From NCBI GenBank assembly GCA_037447605.1, contig CM074806.1:1054001-1118000 (forward strand): DNA of 64,000 nt. Reading direction: 5' to 3'. The position numbers were made by a program, and so were the translations under genes. This DNA comes from Zygnema circumcarinatum SAG 698-1b (lineage: Eukaryota > Plantae > Zygnematophyceae). The notes beneath the pieces were generated by a model. The model was not told the origin of the DNA. It made no database searches and saw only the letters and a list, made by a program, of their open reading frames with translations. Positions 62,584 to 64,000 of this stretch are shown here, piece by piece (position 1 is the first letter of the stretch; every line of letters begins with the position of its first letter).

Positions 62584-62705
62584 GGCGGCGGAGGAAGGGG
62601 AGGAGGAGGAAGAGCCTCTCGGGTAACAAAAAAGAAAGTGTCGGCGTTCTCGCGATAGAGAGAGAGAGAGAGGGCCCTCCACTGGGGGCGGCAGGGAGCC
62701 GCCTA

Positions 62706-62764
62706 ACACGTGGCGGCCCGGCATTGGACGAGGACGCATGGTACACGTGGCGGTCCTTCATTGG
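62706..62764 (-). promoter_or_regulatory. Two tandem ERSE-type elements (CCAAT-N9-CCACG), each with a G-box/ABRE core, in the GPDH promoter
   Basis: Minus strand CCAAT-gccgggccg-CCACGTGT (62706-62727) and CCAAT-gaaggaccg-CCACGTGT (62743-62764). Confidence 0.7.
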
Positions 62765-62969
62765 CCCACGGCCCGCCGTTTCCGGGCACGCGCTGCTTTT
62801 GGAGGGACAGCGGGATGCGTGCGACCGTTGAACGGAGCGTAGAACAGGGCAAAGGGGCCACATAGAAAGGGGGAGCTTATCTACGTAACGAAGAACTGTG
62901 GTACATGGAAAGGACGGTTACCGTTCAGTTACATTTCTTTTTAGAAAGGTCAACTTTCGCCCACAGCCT

Positions 62970-63080
62970 TTTTCTTTTGCGCTTAGGTCCTTTACGCCCA
63001 ATTCCTCGTGGTTCGCCATGCTGTTGAATTTGTCCATGTACATCTGAAGGCATCATCGCCATCGTCAGATCAATAGCAAA
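62970..63080 (-). repeat. Unclassified dispersed repeat, copy 4
   Basis: Aligns with 34455-34565. Confidence 0.7.
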
Positions 63081-63655
63081 TCTTTCTTCCTTTAATTAAA
63101 TTAAGATACGTAATTAAATCGAGATCAATGTCACATCATCTTCTCTTAAAGATTAGATATCGTAGTTAGTATTTATATATACTGTATATAAAAGCCACCA
63201 GAAATATCATCGGGTCAATGAAAAAAAGTCGTTCAAGCATACACTACTATAACAATAACGAGCACATTTTGAATTGGTTTGAAACAAACGAAAGTGAGAC
63301 GACAAGCATGGCAGTGATACAACAGCGGCGCATAGTGGGGATAGAGGGGGGCTCTGAAACGGCTGCTCTGAAACTATGAAGACTTCCTATACCGCCAAAA
63401 GCGTAGTAGTACTCTGTAGAATTACAACATCTACGAGTTCACCGGTTTGCTGAATACGAGCTAAGTAAATTAAAATTTAGAGACAGAAGCTTTTATGTAC
63501 TTCTCCCTTATGTAGGTACCACTGCAGAGGGTCGTACAACCTGCTCCGATCTACATCTTTACACAAGTTACCACAGTCGTTTCCACAGTCGGAAACAGTC
63601 AAACTCAATCAAAACCAGGTTAGGTACAAGGTGTTGTCAGCAGAAGAGTTCTCAG

Positions 63656-64000
63656 TTAGTTGCCGGTCTTCGCTTTCTTCGCTGCGGGCTGCTTCGCAGG
63701 AGACTTCCTCACTGCGGACTTGCCGGTCTTTGTGGCCGCCTTTGGTACAGTGGTCTTGGAGCTGGTGCTCTTCTTCGCCAAAGCCGCTGGCTTTGCTGTC
63801 CGCGTGCTCATCCTCCTTGGTTTGGAGGCAGCGGCAGGCTCTGCAGCAGCAGCAGCAGCCTTCTTAGACAAAGCTGGCTTCTTCTCTACAGGCGCTGGCT
63901 TCTTCTCTACAGACGCTACCTTCTTCGCAACCTTCTTTGCAGGAGCTGGCTTCACAGTCTTCGGTCTACCAGCCTTGATAGCCTTCGGAGCAGCCTCCAA
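63656..64000 (-). CDS. Lys/Ala/Pro-rich C-terminal tail, probably histone H1 (5' part outside the window)
   Basis: KAGRPKTVKPAPAKKVAKK...RKSPAKQPAAKKAK composition with an SPxK motif; globular domain not visible. Confidence 0.6.
   Translation of the reverse strand: MEAAPKAIKAGRPKTVKPAPAKKVAKKVASVEKKPAPVEKKPALSKKAAAAAAEPAAASKPRRMSTRTAKPAALAKKSTSSKTTVPKAATKTGKSAVRKSPAKQPAAKKAKTGN

Overview
Intron-rich eukaryotic nuclear DNA from a streptophyte, probably a charophyte alga (inferred from land-plant-type genes plus an HD-ZIP III that lacks the miR165/166 site). Four 10-N scaffold gaps are present. Host genes in order: PWWP-PHD-GNAT (IDM1/ROS4-like, -), synaptotagmin (-), kinetochore KNL1/Spc7 (+), multi-RRM RNA-binding protein (-), class III HD-ZIP (+), riboflavin PyrR (-), an unrecognised type-I membrane protein (+), cytosolic NAD-glycerol-3-phosphate dehydrogenase (-) and a histone-H1-like tail (-). 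The most unusual part is 25.1-35.0 kb. A 4.46-kb Mutator-like element (TIRs, 8-bp TSD) has a decayed transposase split by a ~1.65-kb intronless, GC-richer cassette. The cassette encodes, head-to-head, a D5-like SF3 helicase and the N-terminus of a family-B DNA polymerase, i.e. an apparent DNA-virus replication module carried as transposon cargo. A 524-bp perfect foldback MITE of the same family sits inside that element's TSD and carries a CCAAT-N9-CCACG (ERSE-type) element at its apex; the same motif recurs in host promoters. Part of this region is duplicated or inverted next to gaps and may be mis-assembled. Exon boundaries were read by eye, so gene spans are approximate.
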